64,000 bases of DNA from Chiloscyllium plagiosum (Eukaryota). How positions within the stretch are numbered: position 1 is the stretch's first letter; the number at the start of each line of letters is the position of its first letter. Made by a program: the position numbers and the translations under genes. Shown in pieces: positions 49,601 to 62,867 of this stretch. Location of the stretch: positions 11,639,186 through 11,703,185 of the forward strand of contig NC_057718.1 of NCBI RefSeq assembly GCF_004010195.1, read 5' to 3'. A model generated the notes under the pieces. It ran no database searches. It was not told the origin of the DNA and was given only the letters and a program-made list of their open reading frames with translations.

Positions 49601-51821
49601 GTGTCAGTGTCAGTGTAAACTCAGCAGCGAGATTACCCAAGGCTCAGTGTGTAAGTGACAGTGTAACTCAGCAGCGAGATTCCCAATGGCTCTGTGTTTC
49701 AGTGGCAAAGAATACGCAGCAGAGAGATTCTCCAAGATTCTGTGTGTGAGTGACAGTGTAACCTCAGCAGCGAGATTCTCCCAGGGTTTGTGTTTCAGTG
49801 ACAGTGTAAACCCAGCAGCGAGATTCTCCAAAGCTCTGTGTGAGTGAAAGTGTAAACTCAGAATTTTGATACTCCAAGGCTCTGTGTCAGTGACAGCGTA
49901 AAACCCGCAGCGAGATTCCCCAAGGCTCTGTGTGTCAGTGACATTGAAAACACAGCAGTGAGATTCTCTAAGGATCTGTGCGTTAATGACAAATAATAAT
50001 TAGCAGCGAGATTCCCCAAGGCTCTGTGAGTTTCTGACAGTGTAAACTCAGTAGCAAGATTCTCCAAGCAATGTGAGTTAGTGACAGTGTAAACTCAGCA
50101 GTGACATTCCCGAAGTTTCTGTGTGTCAGTGACAGTGTAAACACAGCAGTGAGATTCCCCAAGGCTGTGTGTGTTAGCGACTGTGTAAACACAGCAGTGA
50201 GATTCCCCAAGGCTGTGTGTGTTAGCGACTGTGTAAACACAGCAGTGAGATTCCCCAAGGCTGTGTGTGTTAGCGACTGTGTAAACACAGCAGTGAGATT
50301 CCCCAAGGCTGTGTGTGTTAGCGACTGTGTAACACAGCAGTGAGATTCCCCAAGGCTCTGTGTGTTAGCGACTGTGTAACACAGCAGCAAGATTCCCCAA
50401 GGCTCTGTGTGTTAGCGACTGTGTAACACAGCAGTGAGATTCCCCAAGGCTGTGTAACAGAGCAGTGAGATTCCCCAAGGCTCTGTGAGTTTCTGACAGT
50501 GTAAACTCAGCAGTGACATTCCCCAAGGCTCTGTGTGTCAGTGACAGTGTAAACACAGCAGCAAGTTTCCCCACGGCGCTGTCTGAGAGTAACAGTATAA
50601 ACACAGTAGTGAGATTCCCCAAGGCTCTGTGTGTCAGTGACAGTGTAAACTCAGCAGCGAGATTCTCCAAGGCTCTGTGTGTCAGTTACAGCGTAAACAC
50701 AGCTGCGAGATTCCGCACGGCTCTGTATGTTAGGGACAGTGTAATCACAGCAGCAAGTTTCCCCAGGGCGCTGTCTGAGAGTAACAAGGTAAACTCAGCA
50801 GTGAGATTCCCTAAGACTCTGGTAGTGACAATATAAACTCAGCAGCGTGATTAGGAAAAGGCCTGTGTGTTATGACAGTTGTAAACGCAGCAGTGAGATT
50901 CCCCAAGGCTCTGTGTGTCTGTTACAGAGTAAACACAGCCGCGAGATTCTGCAAAACTCTGTATGTTAGGGACAATGCAAAATCAGCAGCGAGATTCCCC
51001 AAGGCTTTGTGTGTGTGAGAGAGAGAAAACTCAGAAATGAGATCTTCCAAGTTTCTGTGAGTTAGTCACAGTGTAATCCCAGCAGCGAGATTCTCCGAAG
51101 CTCTGCGTGTCAGTGACAGTGTAAACTCAGCAGTGTGATTTCCCAAGGCTTTTTGTGTTAGTGATAGTGTTAATCCAGCAGCGAGAATCCCCAAGGCTTG
51201 TATGAGTGAAAGTGTAAACTCGGAAATAGGAGACTCCAAGGCTCTGTGTGTTAGTGACAGGGTAAACTCAGCAGCAACATTCCTCAAGGCTGTGTGAAAG
51301 TGAAGGTGTATACTCAGCAGTGACATTCTCCAAGATACTATATGTTAGAGACAGCGTAACCTTAGCAGTGAGATTCCCAACGGGTCTGTGTTTCACGGAC
51401 AGTGTCAACTCAGCAGCGAGATTCTCCAAGGGTCTGTGTGTTAGTGACAGCGTATACTCTGCAGCGATATTCTCCAAGGCTCTATCAGTGACAGTGTAAA
51501 CACAGCCGCGAGATTCACCAAGGCTGTGTGTTAGTGAGTGTATACTCAGCAGTGAGATTCCCCAAGGATCAGTGTGTCAGTGACAGTGTAAACTCAGCAG
51601 CAAAATTCTGAAAGGCTTTGTTGTGTTAGTCACAGTGTAAACTCAGCAGCAACATTTCCCAAAGTAGTGACAGTGTAAACCCAGCAGCGAGATTCTCCAA
51701 GGCTCTGTGTGAGTGATAGTGTAAACTCAGAATTGAGATACTCCAATGCACTGTGTGTTAGTGTCAGTGTAAACACAGCAGCGAGGCTCGGTGTGTCAGT
51801 GACAGTGTAAACACAGCAGCG

Positions 51822-52315
51822 NNNNNNNNNNNNNNNNNNNNNNNNNNNNNNNNNNNNNNNNNNNNNNNNNNNNNNNNNNNNNNNNNNNNNNNNNNNNNNN
51901 NNNNNNNNNNNNNNNNNNNNNNNNNNNNNNNNNNNNNNNNNNNNNNNNNNNNNNNNNNNNNNNNNNNNNNNNNNNNNNNNNNNNNNNNNNNNNNNNNNNN
52001 NNNNNNNNNNNNNNNNNNNNNNNNNNNNNNNNNNNNNNNNNNNNNNNNNNNNNNNNNNNNNNNNNNNNNNNNNNNNNNNNNNNNNNNNNNNNNNNNNNNN
52101 NNNNNNNNNNNNNNNNNNNNNNNNNNNNNNNNNNNNNNNNNNNNNNNNNNNNNNNNNNNNNNNNNNNNNNNNNNNNNNNNNNNNNNNNNNNNNNNNNNNN
52201 NNNNNNNNNNNNNNNNNNNNNNNNNNNNNNNNNNNNNNNNNNNNNNNNNNNNNNNNNNNNNNNNNNNNNNNNNNNNNNNNNNNNNNNNNNNNNNNNNNNN
52301 NNNNNNNNNNNNNNN
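51822..52315. other. assembly gap
   Basis: Run of N. Confidence 1.
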
Positions 52316-55300
52316 GATTCCCCAAGGCTCTGTGTGTCAGTGACAGTGAAAACTCAGCAGTGAGATTCCCAAAGGTTCTGCGTGTGAGAGAGAGAAAACT
52401 CAGAAACGAGATCCTCAAAGGCTCTGTGAGTTAGTCACAGTGTAATCCCAGCAGCGAGATTCCCCAAGGCTCAGTGTGAGTGAAAGTGTAAACTCAGCAA
52501 GAAGAGATCCCAATGCTCTGTGTGTTCGTGACAGTGTAAACACAGCAGCGTGATTCTCCAAAGCTCTGTGTGAGAGAGAGTGAAAACGCAGCAGCGAGAT
52601 CCTCCAATTTTCTGAGTTAGTCACAGTATAATCCCAGCAGAGAGATTCTCCAAGGGTTAGTGTTTCAGTGACAGTGTAAACACAGCAGCGAGATTCCCCA
52701 AGGCTCTGTGTGTCAGTGACAGTGTAAACACAGCAGCGAGATTCCCCAAGGCTCTGTGTGTCAGTGACAGTGTAAACTCAGCAGCATGATTCCCCAAGGC
52801 TCTGTGTGTCAGTGACAGTGTAAACTCAGCAGCATGATTCTCCAAGGCTCTGCGTGTCAGTGACAGTGTAACCGCAGCAGCGAGATTCCCCAAGGCTCTG
52901 TGTGTCAGTGACAGTGTAAACTCAGCAGTGAGATTCTCCAAGGCTCTGCGTGTCAGTTACAGCGTAAAGACAGCAGCATGATTCCCCAAGGCTCTGTATG
53001 TCAGTGACAGTGTAAACACAGCAGCAAGTTTCCCCAGGGCGCTGTCTGAGAGTAACAGGGTAAACTCAGCAGTGAGATTACTTAAGGCTCTGTTAGTGAC
53101 AATATAAACTCAGCAGCGTGATTAGGAAAAGGCCTGTGTGTTAGTGACAGCGTAAACGCAGCAGTGAGATTCCCCGAGGCTCTGTGTGTTAGTGACAGTG
53201 TAAACTCAGTAGCATGATTCTCAAAGCAATGTATGTTAGTGACAGTGTAAACACAGCAGCGAGATTTTACAAAGCTCTGTGTGCTAGTGACAGTGTAAAA
53301 TAAGCAGCGAGATTCTCCATGGTCTTGTGCGTTAGTGACAGTGTAAACACAGCATCATGATTCCCCAAGGCTCTGTATGTTAGTGACAGTGTAAACACAG
53401 CAGCGAGATTCCCCATGTCTCTGTCAGTGACAGTGTAAACACAGCAGCGAGATTCCCCAGGGCTCTGTGTGTCAGTAACAGTGTACACACAGCCGCAAGA
53501 CTCTCCAAGGCTCTGTGTGTCTGTGACAGTGAAGTCTCAGCAACGTGATTCCCCAAAGCTCTGTGTGTTTCTGACAGTGTAAACTCAGGGGCAAGATTCT
53601 CTGAGCAATGTGTGTTAGTGACCGTGTAAACACAGCAGCGAGATTCCCTAAGGCACTGTGTGTCAATGACAGTGTAAACACAGCATCATGATTCCCCAAG
53701 GCTCTGTATATTAGTGACAGTGTAAACACAGCAGCGAGATTCCCAAAGGCTCTGTGTGTCAGTGACAGTGTAAACTCAGTAGCGAGATTCCTCAAGGCTC
53801 TGTGTGTCAGTGACTGTGTAAACACAGAAGTGAGATTCTCCAAGGCTCTGTGTGTCAGTGACAGTGTAAACACAGCAGCGAGATTCCCCAAGGCTCTTTT
53901 TGTCAGTGACAGTGTAAACTCAGCAGCGAGATCCTCCAAATCTCTGTTTGTCACAGACAGTGTAAGCACAACAGCGAGATTCTCCAAGGCTCTGTGTGTC
54001 AGTGACATTGAAGTCTCAGCAGCGAGATTCTCTAATGATCTGTGTGTTGTTTACAATGTAAACACAGCAGCGTGATTCCCCAAGGCTCTGTGTGTTAGTG
54101 ACAGTGTAAACTCAGAAGCGAGATTCTCCAAGGCTCTGTGTGTTTCTGACAGTGTAAACTCAGTAGCAAGATTCTCCAAGGCTCTGTGTGTCAGTGACAG
54201 TGTAAACACAGCAGCGAGATTCTCCAAGGCTCTGTGTGTTAGTGAGTGTAAACTCAGCAGTGAGATTCTCCAAGTCTCTGTTTGTCAGTGACAGTGTAAA
54301 CGCAGCAGCAAGACTCCCCAAGGCTCTGTGTGGTGGTGACAGTGTAAACTCTGCAATGAGATTCTCTTTGCCTCTGTGTGTTGGTTACAGTGTAAACACA
54401 GCAGTTAGATTCCCCAAGACTCTGTGTTAGAGACAGTGTAAACGCAGTCGCAAGATTTTACAAGTCTCTGTGTGTTAGTGACAGTGTAAACTCAGCAGCG
54501 TGATTCCCCAAGGCTGTGTGCATCAGTGACAGTGTAAACACAGCAGCAAGATTCCCCAAGGCTATGTGTGTCAGTGACAGTGTAAACACAGAAGTGAGAT
54601 TCCTCAGGGCTCTGTGTGTCAGTGACAGTGTAAACACAGTAGCGAGATTCTCCAAGGCTCTGTGTGTAAGTGAGTGTAAACTCAGCAGTGAGACTCTCCA
54701 AATCTCTGTTTGTCAGTGACAGTGTAAACACAGCAGCGAGATTCTCCAAGGCTCTGTGTGTTCGTGACAGTGTAAACACAGCAGCGAGATTCCCCAAGGC
54801 TCTGTCATTGACAGTGTAAGCACAGCAGCGAGATTCCCCAAGGCTCTGTGTGTCAGTGACAGTGTAAACTCAGCAATGAGATTCTCCAAGGCTGTGTGTC
54901 AGTGACAGTGTAAACTCAGCTGCAAGATTCTCCAAGGCTCTGTGTGTCTGTGACAGTGAAGTCTCAGCAGCGAGATTTTCTAATGATCTGTGTGTTGGTG
55001 ACAGCGTAAACTCTGCAACGAGATTCTCTTAGCCTCTGTGTGTTGGTTACAGTGTAAACACAGCAGTTAGATTCCCCAAGATTGTGTTAGTGACAATGTA
55101 AACTCAGTAGCGAGATTCCCCAAGGCTCTGTGTTGGTAGTGACAGTGTAAATTCAGTCGCGAGATTCCCCAAGTCTCTGTGTGTCAGTAACAGTGTAAAC
55201 ACAGCAGAGAGATTCCCCAAGGCTGAGTGTGTCAGTGTCAGTGTAAACTCAGTAGCGTGATTCATCAAGGCTCTGTGCATCAGTGACAGTGTAAACGCAG

Positions 55301-58300
55301 CAGCGAGGTTCCCTAAGGCTCTGTGTGTTAGAGACAGTGTAAACTCAGCAGCGAGATTCTCCAAGGCTCTGTGTGTCAGTGACAGTTTAAACTCAGCAGC
55401 GAGATTCCCCAAGGCTCTATATTGGTAGTGACAGTGTAAATTCAGTCGCGAGATTCCCCAAGGTTCTGTGTGTCAGTGACAGTGTAAACTCAGCAGTGAG
55501 ATTCTCCAAGGCTCTGTGTGTCAGTAACAGTGTAAACACAGCAGAGAGATTCCCCAAGGCTGAGTGTGTCAGTGTCAGTGTAAACACAGCAGCTTGAGTC
55601 CCCAAGGTTGTGTGTGTCAATGACAGTGTAAACTCAGTAGCGTGATTCCCCAAGGCTCTGTGCATCAGTGACAGTGTAAACGCAGCAGCGAGGTTCCCTA
55701 AGGCTCTGTGTGTTAGAGACAGTGTAAACTCAGCAGCGAGATTCTCCAAGGCTCTGTGTGTCAGTGACAGTTTAAACTCAGCAGCGAGATTCCTCAAGGC
55801 TCTGTATTGGTAGTGACAGTGTAAATTCAGTCGCGAGATTCCCCAAGGTTCTGTGTGTCAGTGACAGTGTAAACTCAGCAGTGAGATTCTCCAAGGCTCT
55901 CTGTGTTAGTGACAGTTTAAACTGAACAACGAGATTCCCCAAGGCTCTGTGTGTCAGTGTGTATGCAGCAGCGTGATTCCCCAAGGCTCTGTGTGTCAGT
56001 GTGTATGCAGCAGCGAGATTTTCCAAGGCTCTGTGTGTCAGTGAAAGTGTAAACTCAGCAGCGTGATTCCCCAAGGCTCTGTGTGTGTTAGTGGCACTTT
56101 AATCAGACAGAAGATTCTCTCTCTCATCAATTCTGGGAAATGGTTAGCTCGGTTTCTGAGCAGTTTCATTAAAATTTAGAAAATGTGTGAAGCCCTACCA
56201 CTCAATGTTATTAACATGTACATGCACCTGTGAACAGACTTCGAATCAGCCAGGCAAAGAGGAGGGGAACCTGGTTTCCAGCAGTCTGTGATAAAGTTCA
56301 ATTTAATGTGGGAGCGAAAAATAGGAATCTGATACCCTTTTCATTTTCAACTTCAAAATCAGATAGCAGAATGGAAGCACATTCTTTTCAAATGATGCTA
56401 ACGACATCTGTAATACCGGTGTTCTATGAATGTGAATTGAATTCTCTGCGGTGTACTTTCTTCCTTGGCACTGGAAATGGGAAAATAAATACCATGCAAT
56501 AAATTTTAATTTCTTCAAAAAAATGTGGAGCATTGTTTGAGTAGTCCGAGCTACGCCGCAGAGAGTCCACTATTGGTTGACTGAGGCAACGACTATCTTC
56601 GATGGTGAAGGCTTTTTCTCTTCTGGTAGAGTAGGGAACACTTGGCAGATTCAGGACGAAGAATGAAAGCTGCAGAACTTCCTTGGGTCGAGTTCTTGAC
56701 CAAACAAAAGCACAGAAGTTGACCAAACAAAAATAGAAATGCTGAGATTCAAAACAGGGTGCCAGGTGGGGGAGAAATGTAAAACCAATAACCAGCAGAT
56801 CGACATCAACTCAAACTTCGGCACTCTCTGGGGTTTGAGGGAATGAAAGTGGCTCCTGCTCAATGATTCTCCCCAAACCTCAGGAAGCTGCTTCAGTGAT
56901 TCTGGTCCAGTGACAAACTCCAGTGAATTGAACAGTGTGGCTTTAACAAAATAAACTGGCAAAATGCTGGAAATCTGAAGAAAAAAAAACAAAAGGTACA
57001 CCACAGGCCTGTTGGGATCCAAAGAAATAAAAGAAACAGATTGATGCTGTGTTAGAATTGCAGTAAATGATTCCTATTCAAGGCTTCTGTTTCCCCTTTC
57101 TCCCATCGGATACCAGTGTCTTTACAGTAATTTCTGTTTCATGATTTAAAATGAAGCAAATTTGTGGGAAGCAGGCATTACTGAACGAACCAGCATTTCC
57201 TGTCCATTACAAATTGCCTCTAGGAGCTGACTTCCTGAACTCCATCTGGTGTAGGCAACTCACAGTACTGTTAGAAGGGTGATTACAGGTGAAAGAGGTA
57301 AGGATTTGGCTTTTTAATACAGCAGAATGAGTGATGATCTCAATATAGTGGAATCAGGTCACTTTTCTTGGATGTGATATTAATCCAAGATGCAGCGGCC
57401 AACAGGAGAATGGATAGCAACAGATGTGTTTGAGCACACCTGGTACCTTCTGTACCAGTGCTATGAATGGAATGTGTTTAGGTTTACTGTATACCCTTAC
57501 ACATTGAAATGAAACATCTTACACTTATGAAGTGCTCATCGCGGCCCGATATCAGTCATTTCACCTTTTCTTTTCAGCATCCCTGCATATCAGGAACAGA
57601 ATGAGATAGTTCAGTCTCTTGTGTCCAGTCCACTCTGCTTTTAAGATTATGGCTCATCTGTATCTTAACTCCACTTACCCACCTTGGTTCTGCAACTCTT
57701 AATTCCCTTGGTGAACAAAAATCTGCCAATCTTGCAGTTTTATAATTCTCAGTTAAAGTCCAGTCTTAAGAGCATTTTCTCTGGGACAGAGCAGGGGTGG
57801 AGGGAAGGGGTTTTTTCCAAAGCTCCACTATTCCTTCTGTGAAGAAATCCTTCATGGTATTTTTCCTGTATGGACTACTTTGATTTCATCAATGTAATGA
57901 TACTTATTACCACGAATTAACTTCAGCAGTCATCATTTTGAAATCTTGCAATTTGTAAACTCCAAGTCTGGTCTGGAATAAAACACAGAGTCTGGTTTGA
58001 ATCTGCTACTGAGATGTGTTGTTTTATGTGTAATGTTTTGATTTTCTCACTTGTTATTTGTCTCCAGCAGTGCTGTAAATTTACAGTGGTTCATCTTTGT
58101 AACTTTTCACTTGCATTTATCCTTTTCACCAATACAGGTTATTAAATGCACAAAAATTACACTTAGCCTTGCCACTGTGTCTATCCCATTAAACACAGAA
58201 TGTAACAAATGATACCTGCTTCTCAGGATCTAAACATCAGGTGGACCTCTAACAGGCAGAATAAGGCAAAGCAGAAAACAATATTAAACAATAAACGTGA

Positions 58301-60219
58301 ATCTGAGCCTGACAGTTTGAGAACCTGTATTTAGTTTCTAAAAAAAAACTCATCAGGAAATTAAATAACTCGTATCTGAATAAAGGATGATGAAACAATT
58401 TGATTGCTAGTAAAATCACAGCTTCAAGGACGGAAAGCTTCTATCCTTACCTGGTCTTCCCTAATTCCAGTCCCCCACCAAGCCTCACTTTCCTCTGAAG
58501 TGGCCAATCAAGCTAACGGATTTTGTCATTCTTGTATTATCTTTGGCAGAATGTAGGATCTGGCGCAATAAATGCTGGCCTTATCTATATCTTGACAATG
58601 AGTTTTAAGCAGATGGGAGGGAGTTATAGATGCAGTACTATTAAGGATGGCTTTGCAGATCACGGAAATATAGGTCAAGTAACTTCTGAAGACCTGCATT
58701 CCAGAGCTGTTCCAACTCTGTACATCTAGGCTTTGTTCTACCATTATACACAACGTGCGCAGGGTGATTCCAATATGGGCATGGGGTGTGATATTGAACA
58801 AAACTGGTTGTGACCTAGATCATTGTTCTCTTTCACTATTGTAGGTAAATGTCCAAGGGTTGCTGTGGTAAGAAAGCACATGAAAATTCAGCTAGTACAG
58901 TCTTACCTGGAGGACATGAGATGAACTCCAAAAATCACACATATACCTTCTGTAAATCTCCATAGAGATTTCAATTTTACTATCTGCTCTTATGGGTCCT
59001 TTGTTCTTTATATATAAACTTTCAGGTATTGCACTCTGCCTTGCAAAGATGAGGAAAGAGACTTTTTGACAAGAGACTAAGTGGCAAGAATGTACAGTAA
59101 TGCTAACTGGAATATGAAGGTCCTCATTCCATTTCTGCCCTTTTGGAACTAAGTCATCTCGTTATCCTCATTGTTAATCACCTTCTGACAAAGTCAAATA
59201 TTCTCAGAAATTATTCATTTCAAACTAGTAGTCCACAATTTAATTTTCAGGCAGCTAATTACAGAGAGTATTTGTTAAATGAATGTGTGAGGATAAATTG
59301 TTCTATTTTACTCTGTTTGCAAAGATAAGGAACACTTTTTTTTTAACTGAACTGCCATTGGTTTCTAGAAACCATTTAGTGGAGGAATTAGTAATTATAT
59401 TCAATGCATTTATTTCTAATTACAAGTCTTCATTAAGTTAATAGAGTTCTTCCAAAACAGTGAGATGTTTAGATCAGCAAAGACAGTATGAAAAATTGCC
59501 TAGTGGATTTACAGTTTCCTTTTCAAACGATAAAGTCACAGATAAGTTCTTCATTTTCAGCCACTAAAACACAAACAATTCTAACCACACACTCTTCTCT
59601 TTAATGGTCTGACGCAGAGTTGAAGCTTATGACACAACTGTTTTGGCTCAGAATTACTTTCATCATCTTCGCTGAATAACATCCATTCATCTCCAAGACT
59701 TTTGCCAATCTGTTTCCCGCAAGCCCTTTATCCCAGAGACATTGAGAAAATACCAAATATGTCACTTGCTTCATCATGAATCTCTGACCTCCAACCTGCT
59801 TCACAATTTGTGATACTTATTGTTTGGTTTCTGATATGATTTCTTCCTGTTATATTCAGGTTATGATGTAGGACTGTGCCATCAGGATCCTCTGCCCGCT
59901 ATGGTACAAACAGTTGGAGTTTGCCGTCCAAGGTGGCTGTGATGAACTGTGACATAAAAACAAACGAGACATGGCACATTACAGACTAAATAAACTGCTG
60001 GTCCTCCTGCATTATTACTGTGACCTCTCTCTTTCACTTGATGTTTCAACATTATTCTATCACTGACATTGTAATTTCCTGCTATTAATGGAATTGTAAA
60101 CCTGATCATTTTGATGTTTATGTACAAGATTATGTACAAAATACTCATTGGTTAACATTGATCCAATGCAATTTGATTCAAAAAATGATTCTAAAATTGT
60201 TAAATAAATGTATTCGTAT

Positions 60220-60390
60220 ATCCAAGGCTGAGATAGACACATTTTAACTTGTAAGGGGATCAAGGCTTTGGGGAAAGGCAGGGAAGTGGAGTTGAGGATT
60301 ATCCGATCAGACATGATCTCATCGAATGGCAGAGATGACTCAATGGGCCAAATGGCCTACTTCTGCCCCTACGCCTTATCGGTCTTAGAC
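60220..60390 (+). mobile_element. CR1-like 3' tail remnant
   Basis: GCTGAGATAGA...GATCAGACATGATCTCATCGAATGGC...AATGGCCTACTTCTGC, with a similar remnant at ~25030-25145. Confidence 0.6.
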
Positions 60391-61399
60391 TTGAATTGCT
60401 AAGCACTTATTCACATGGTATAATCAATTCTTTGTTACATGAATTCAAAGGGACCTTTGAAGGACTGAAGTTATGAAGTACCGCAGAAAGCAGTTTGAAC
60501 TTTAGTTCAAACCAGGCACAAGTACTGTTACTTGAACTTGCTTTGGGAATTGAACTCAGATTGGCATTCATCCCTTTGTGAGATACTTCAAATACTCAGG
60601 GAGGTTTAAAAGAATTCTTCAGCAGTGACTGTCAATTTAAGCAGATGTGGGAGAAAAGAGGTGTAATCTTAATTCCGCGTTATCTTGTTGTAAGTTGCAA
60701 GATTCATTTTCCATTCCAGTGGTTAGACTATTTGTTTTTAATAAATATATGTCACTCCACTATCTTAGCTGAGTTGAAGTTCCAAACTAATCTAAATAGA
60801 GCTATTACTCATTTGCAAACTGCCCTAAAAACTAGCATGTCAAGCCAGTCTTTATGTCTCTGTCCATGGGTAAAGTCACAGCGTATCATTCCTTCAATGT
60901 GCTAATACACACATCAAAAATTCTGTCATATACAACATCAGAAGATTAAACAGAGCTCCGGATGGCCTTCGGCTGTCCATCTGAGAAACCTCTACCGATT
61001 CTGCCTTAAATGAATCCAGGATTCCCAACTCAGCTACACCACTGTCCACCAATTTCATATGCTTATCACCTTTTTTAACAGTTTATATTCTAATAGACTG
61101 GATGAAAGAAGGAAAGCAAAATTTAGAATTTGATGTTTAAATTCAATTGAATTGACTGAGCTCTGATAATGAATGATCCAAATTGATTCCTTTTGCTGGC
61201 CCATGAGGCATTGCCTGAGTGTTATGGTACTGTACTGTGGCATTTTCCCTCTCTGAAACTGAAAGTACAAACATGCTAACTGCCTGCAGGATTCTGTGGG
61301 AACTGCTCAGGAATTGTGTGGTTGTATCTGGTCTTCCCACGAGACAGCATTGGCATTACAATCAGCGCAAAGTAAACTGGGGTGATATACCAGCCTCCT

Positions 61400-62250
61400 C
61401 CAGGAAAGCCCTATCTCGGGCCAGGCTCTCAGTCCAGTACCAGAACCTGTCAGCAGTGGATGATTTCACATACCTCAGCAGTACACTTTCTCTAGCTTTT
61501 TACATTGATGACAAAACACATACGAGAATTGCCAAAACAAAACCAGCCTTCGGTAGATTTTGAGCATCAGTCAGAGAAAGAAGAGGATGAGGTCGGTGTA
61601 CCAAACTGAAAGTTTATGGAACAATAACCCCGCCCACTCTGCTCAATGAATGGATGGTGTATCAGCATCATGCGTGGAAGCTGAACAATTTTCACTTCAG
61701 CTGCCTTCTGAAGCTTTTGAAGATCAGATGGCAGAAGTAAATAGCAGTCACTGAGATGCTCACCAAAGTAGGCATGCCAGGTAAGCACACCATATTGAGA
61801 CAACCACAACTAAGTCATCTAGTCATGTAGTCAGAACATCTAGTATTTGCTTAACAAAACAGACCACCTGTGGAGAGCTGGAGTCTGCAGCGTGTTCTTA
61901 TGATGCTCAAAGGACACTCTGAAAACTCCACATAGAGGTTTTGATCTTGACTTTGAGTCCTTGAAGTAGCTTGCCCAGGATCCCTAAATAAGACACAGCG
62001 CCGCCTCCTTTGGAAACACATGCAAATGGCAGACAGAGAGAAATCCAAGGAAAGGAAATCCAGAGGCAGCAACATTGCCTAAAGCTCGGTTTCTGCAACA
62101 TCCTGATCTATTTGCAGCAGAATCTTCTGCTGTGCATTTTGGCCTTAGCAGTCACATATGAATCCACCAAATGCTCACCAAACGTCCCAGATGATGGACA
62201 TGATCACTTTCGCCTTGAAGGACAGGCAAGAAATGGCTGTGTAGGACCAC
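61400..62250 (+). mobile_element. decayed RTE-clade LINE 3' part
   Basis: LSAVDDFTYLSSTLS...IDD....RIAK...AFGR is a typical RTE RT C-terminal motif. Confidence 0.75.
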
Positions 62251-62459
62251 TGGTAATCACAAGCCTCTACCATTCCTGATTTCAAGTTCACTTTCTGCTT
62301 TCAAGATACCATGCTGTCCTTCCAGGGTGGAAACAGATCTGAAAAAACACCATGAAGTTCTTGCTGTGTTGTTTAGTTGCACAGTCCTGGAAATATTAGA
62401 GTTTTGTTCAGTAAGAAATGCTGTGGAGGCATTTGTTTCAAGTTGACTAAATGTTGATG

Positions 62460-62867
62460 GGTCGAAAAGGGTGGTGCTGGAAAAGCACAGCAGGTCAGGC
62501 AGCATCCTAGGAGAAGGAGAGTCGACATTTGACTCTAAGCCCTTCAATAAGAATGTGGCAGAGGGAAGGAGTTGGAGAGTTGGATCTGGAATGAGATGGG
62601 GGGGGGAGGAGAGATTTGGAAACTAGTGAAGCTGATATTGAGGCCATGTGGTTGAAGGGTCCTCAAGTGGAAGATGAGGTGTTCTTCTAGTTGGCGGGTG
62701 GTTCTGATTTGGCAGTGGATGAGGCCCAGGTCCACTTTCCTGATGAAGGGCTTATTCCTGACACATCGACTCTCCTACTCCTTAGATGCTGCCTGACTGG
62801 CTGCACTTTTTCAGAGCCGTACTTTGCGACTCTGACTCTCCAGCATCTGCAGTCCCCACTTTCTCCT
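62460..62867. mobile_element. Penelope-derived element with inverted termini and a GIY-YIG tail remnant
   Basis: The minus strand gives RQLEEHLIFHLRTLQPHGLNI. The termini are inverted, and a degenerate CTGATGAAGGGCTTATTCCTGACACATC is present. Confidence 0.7.

Larger units (their letters stand above)
43201..56092. repeat. 48-bp satellite/minisatellite array (roughly 230 sequenced units, two gaps)
   Basis: The consensus CTGTGTGTCAGTGACAGTGTAAACTCAGCAGCGAGATTCCCCAAGGCT is repeated head to tail. The ORF track shows a 16-aa periodicity (LCVSDSVNSAARFPKA). Confidence 0.97.

Noticed and set aside
42796..56074. Many long repetitive ORFs (LCVSDSVNSAARFPK / LAAEFTLSLTHRALGN) on both strands
   Set aside because: A 48-bp unit is a multiple of 3 with stop-free frames on both strands. 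Frequent indels break the frame, so these ORFs are a satellite artefact.
43201..56092. CRISPR-like array
   Set aside because: The units are contiguous with no unique spacers, there are no cas genes, and the context is eukaryotic.
43201..56092. V(D)J recombination signal sequences (CACAGTG occurs in some units)
   Set aside because: There is no ACAAAAACC-like nonamer at 12/23 spacing, most units have GACAGTG, and no Ig/TCR segments are visible.
59820..59910. Plus-strand acceptor TTCTTCCTGTTATATTCAG as an exon start
   Set aside because: There is no convincing donor or recognisable peptide, and such motifs are common in AT-rich DNA.
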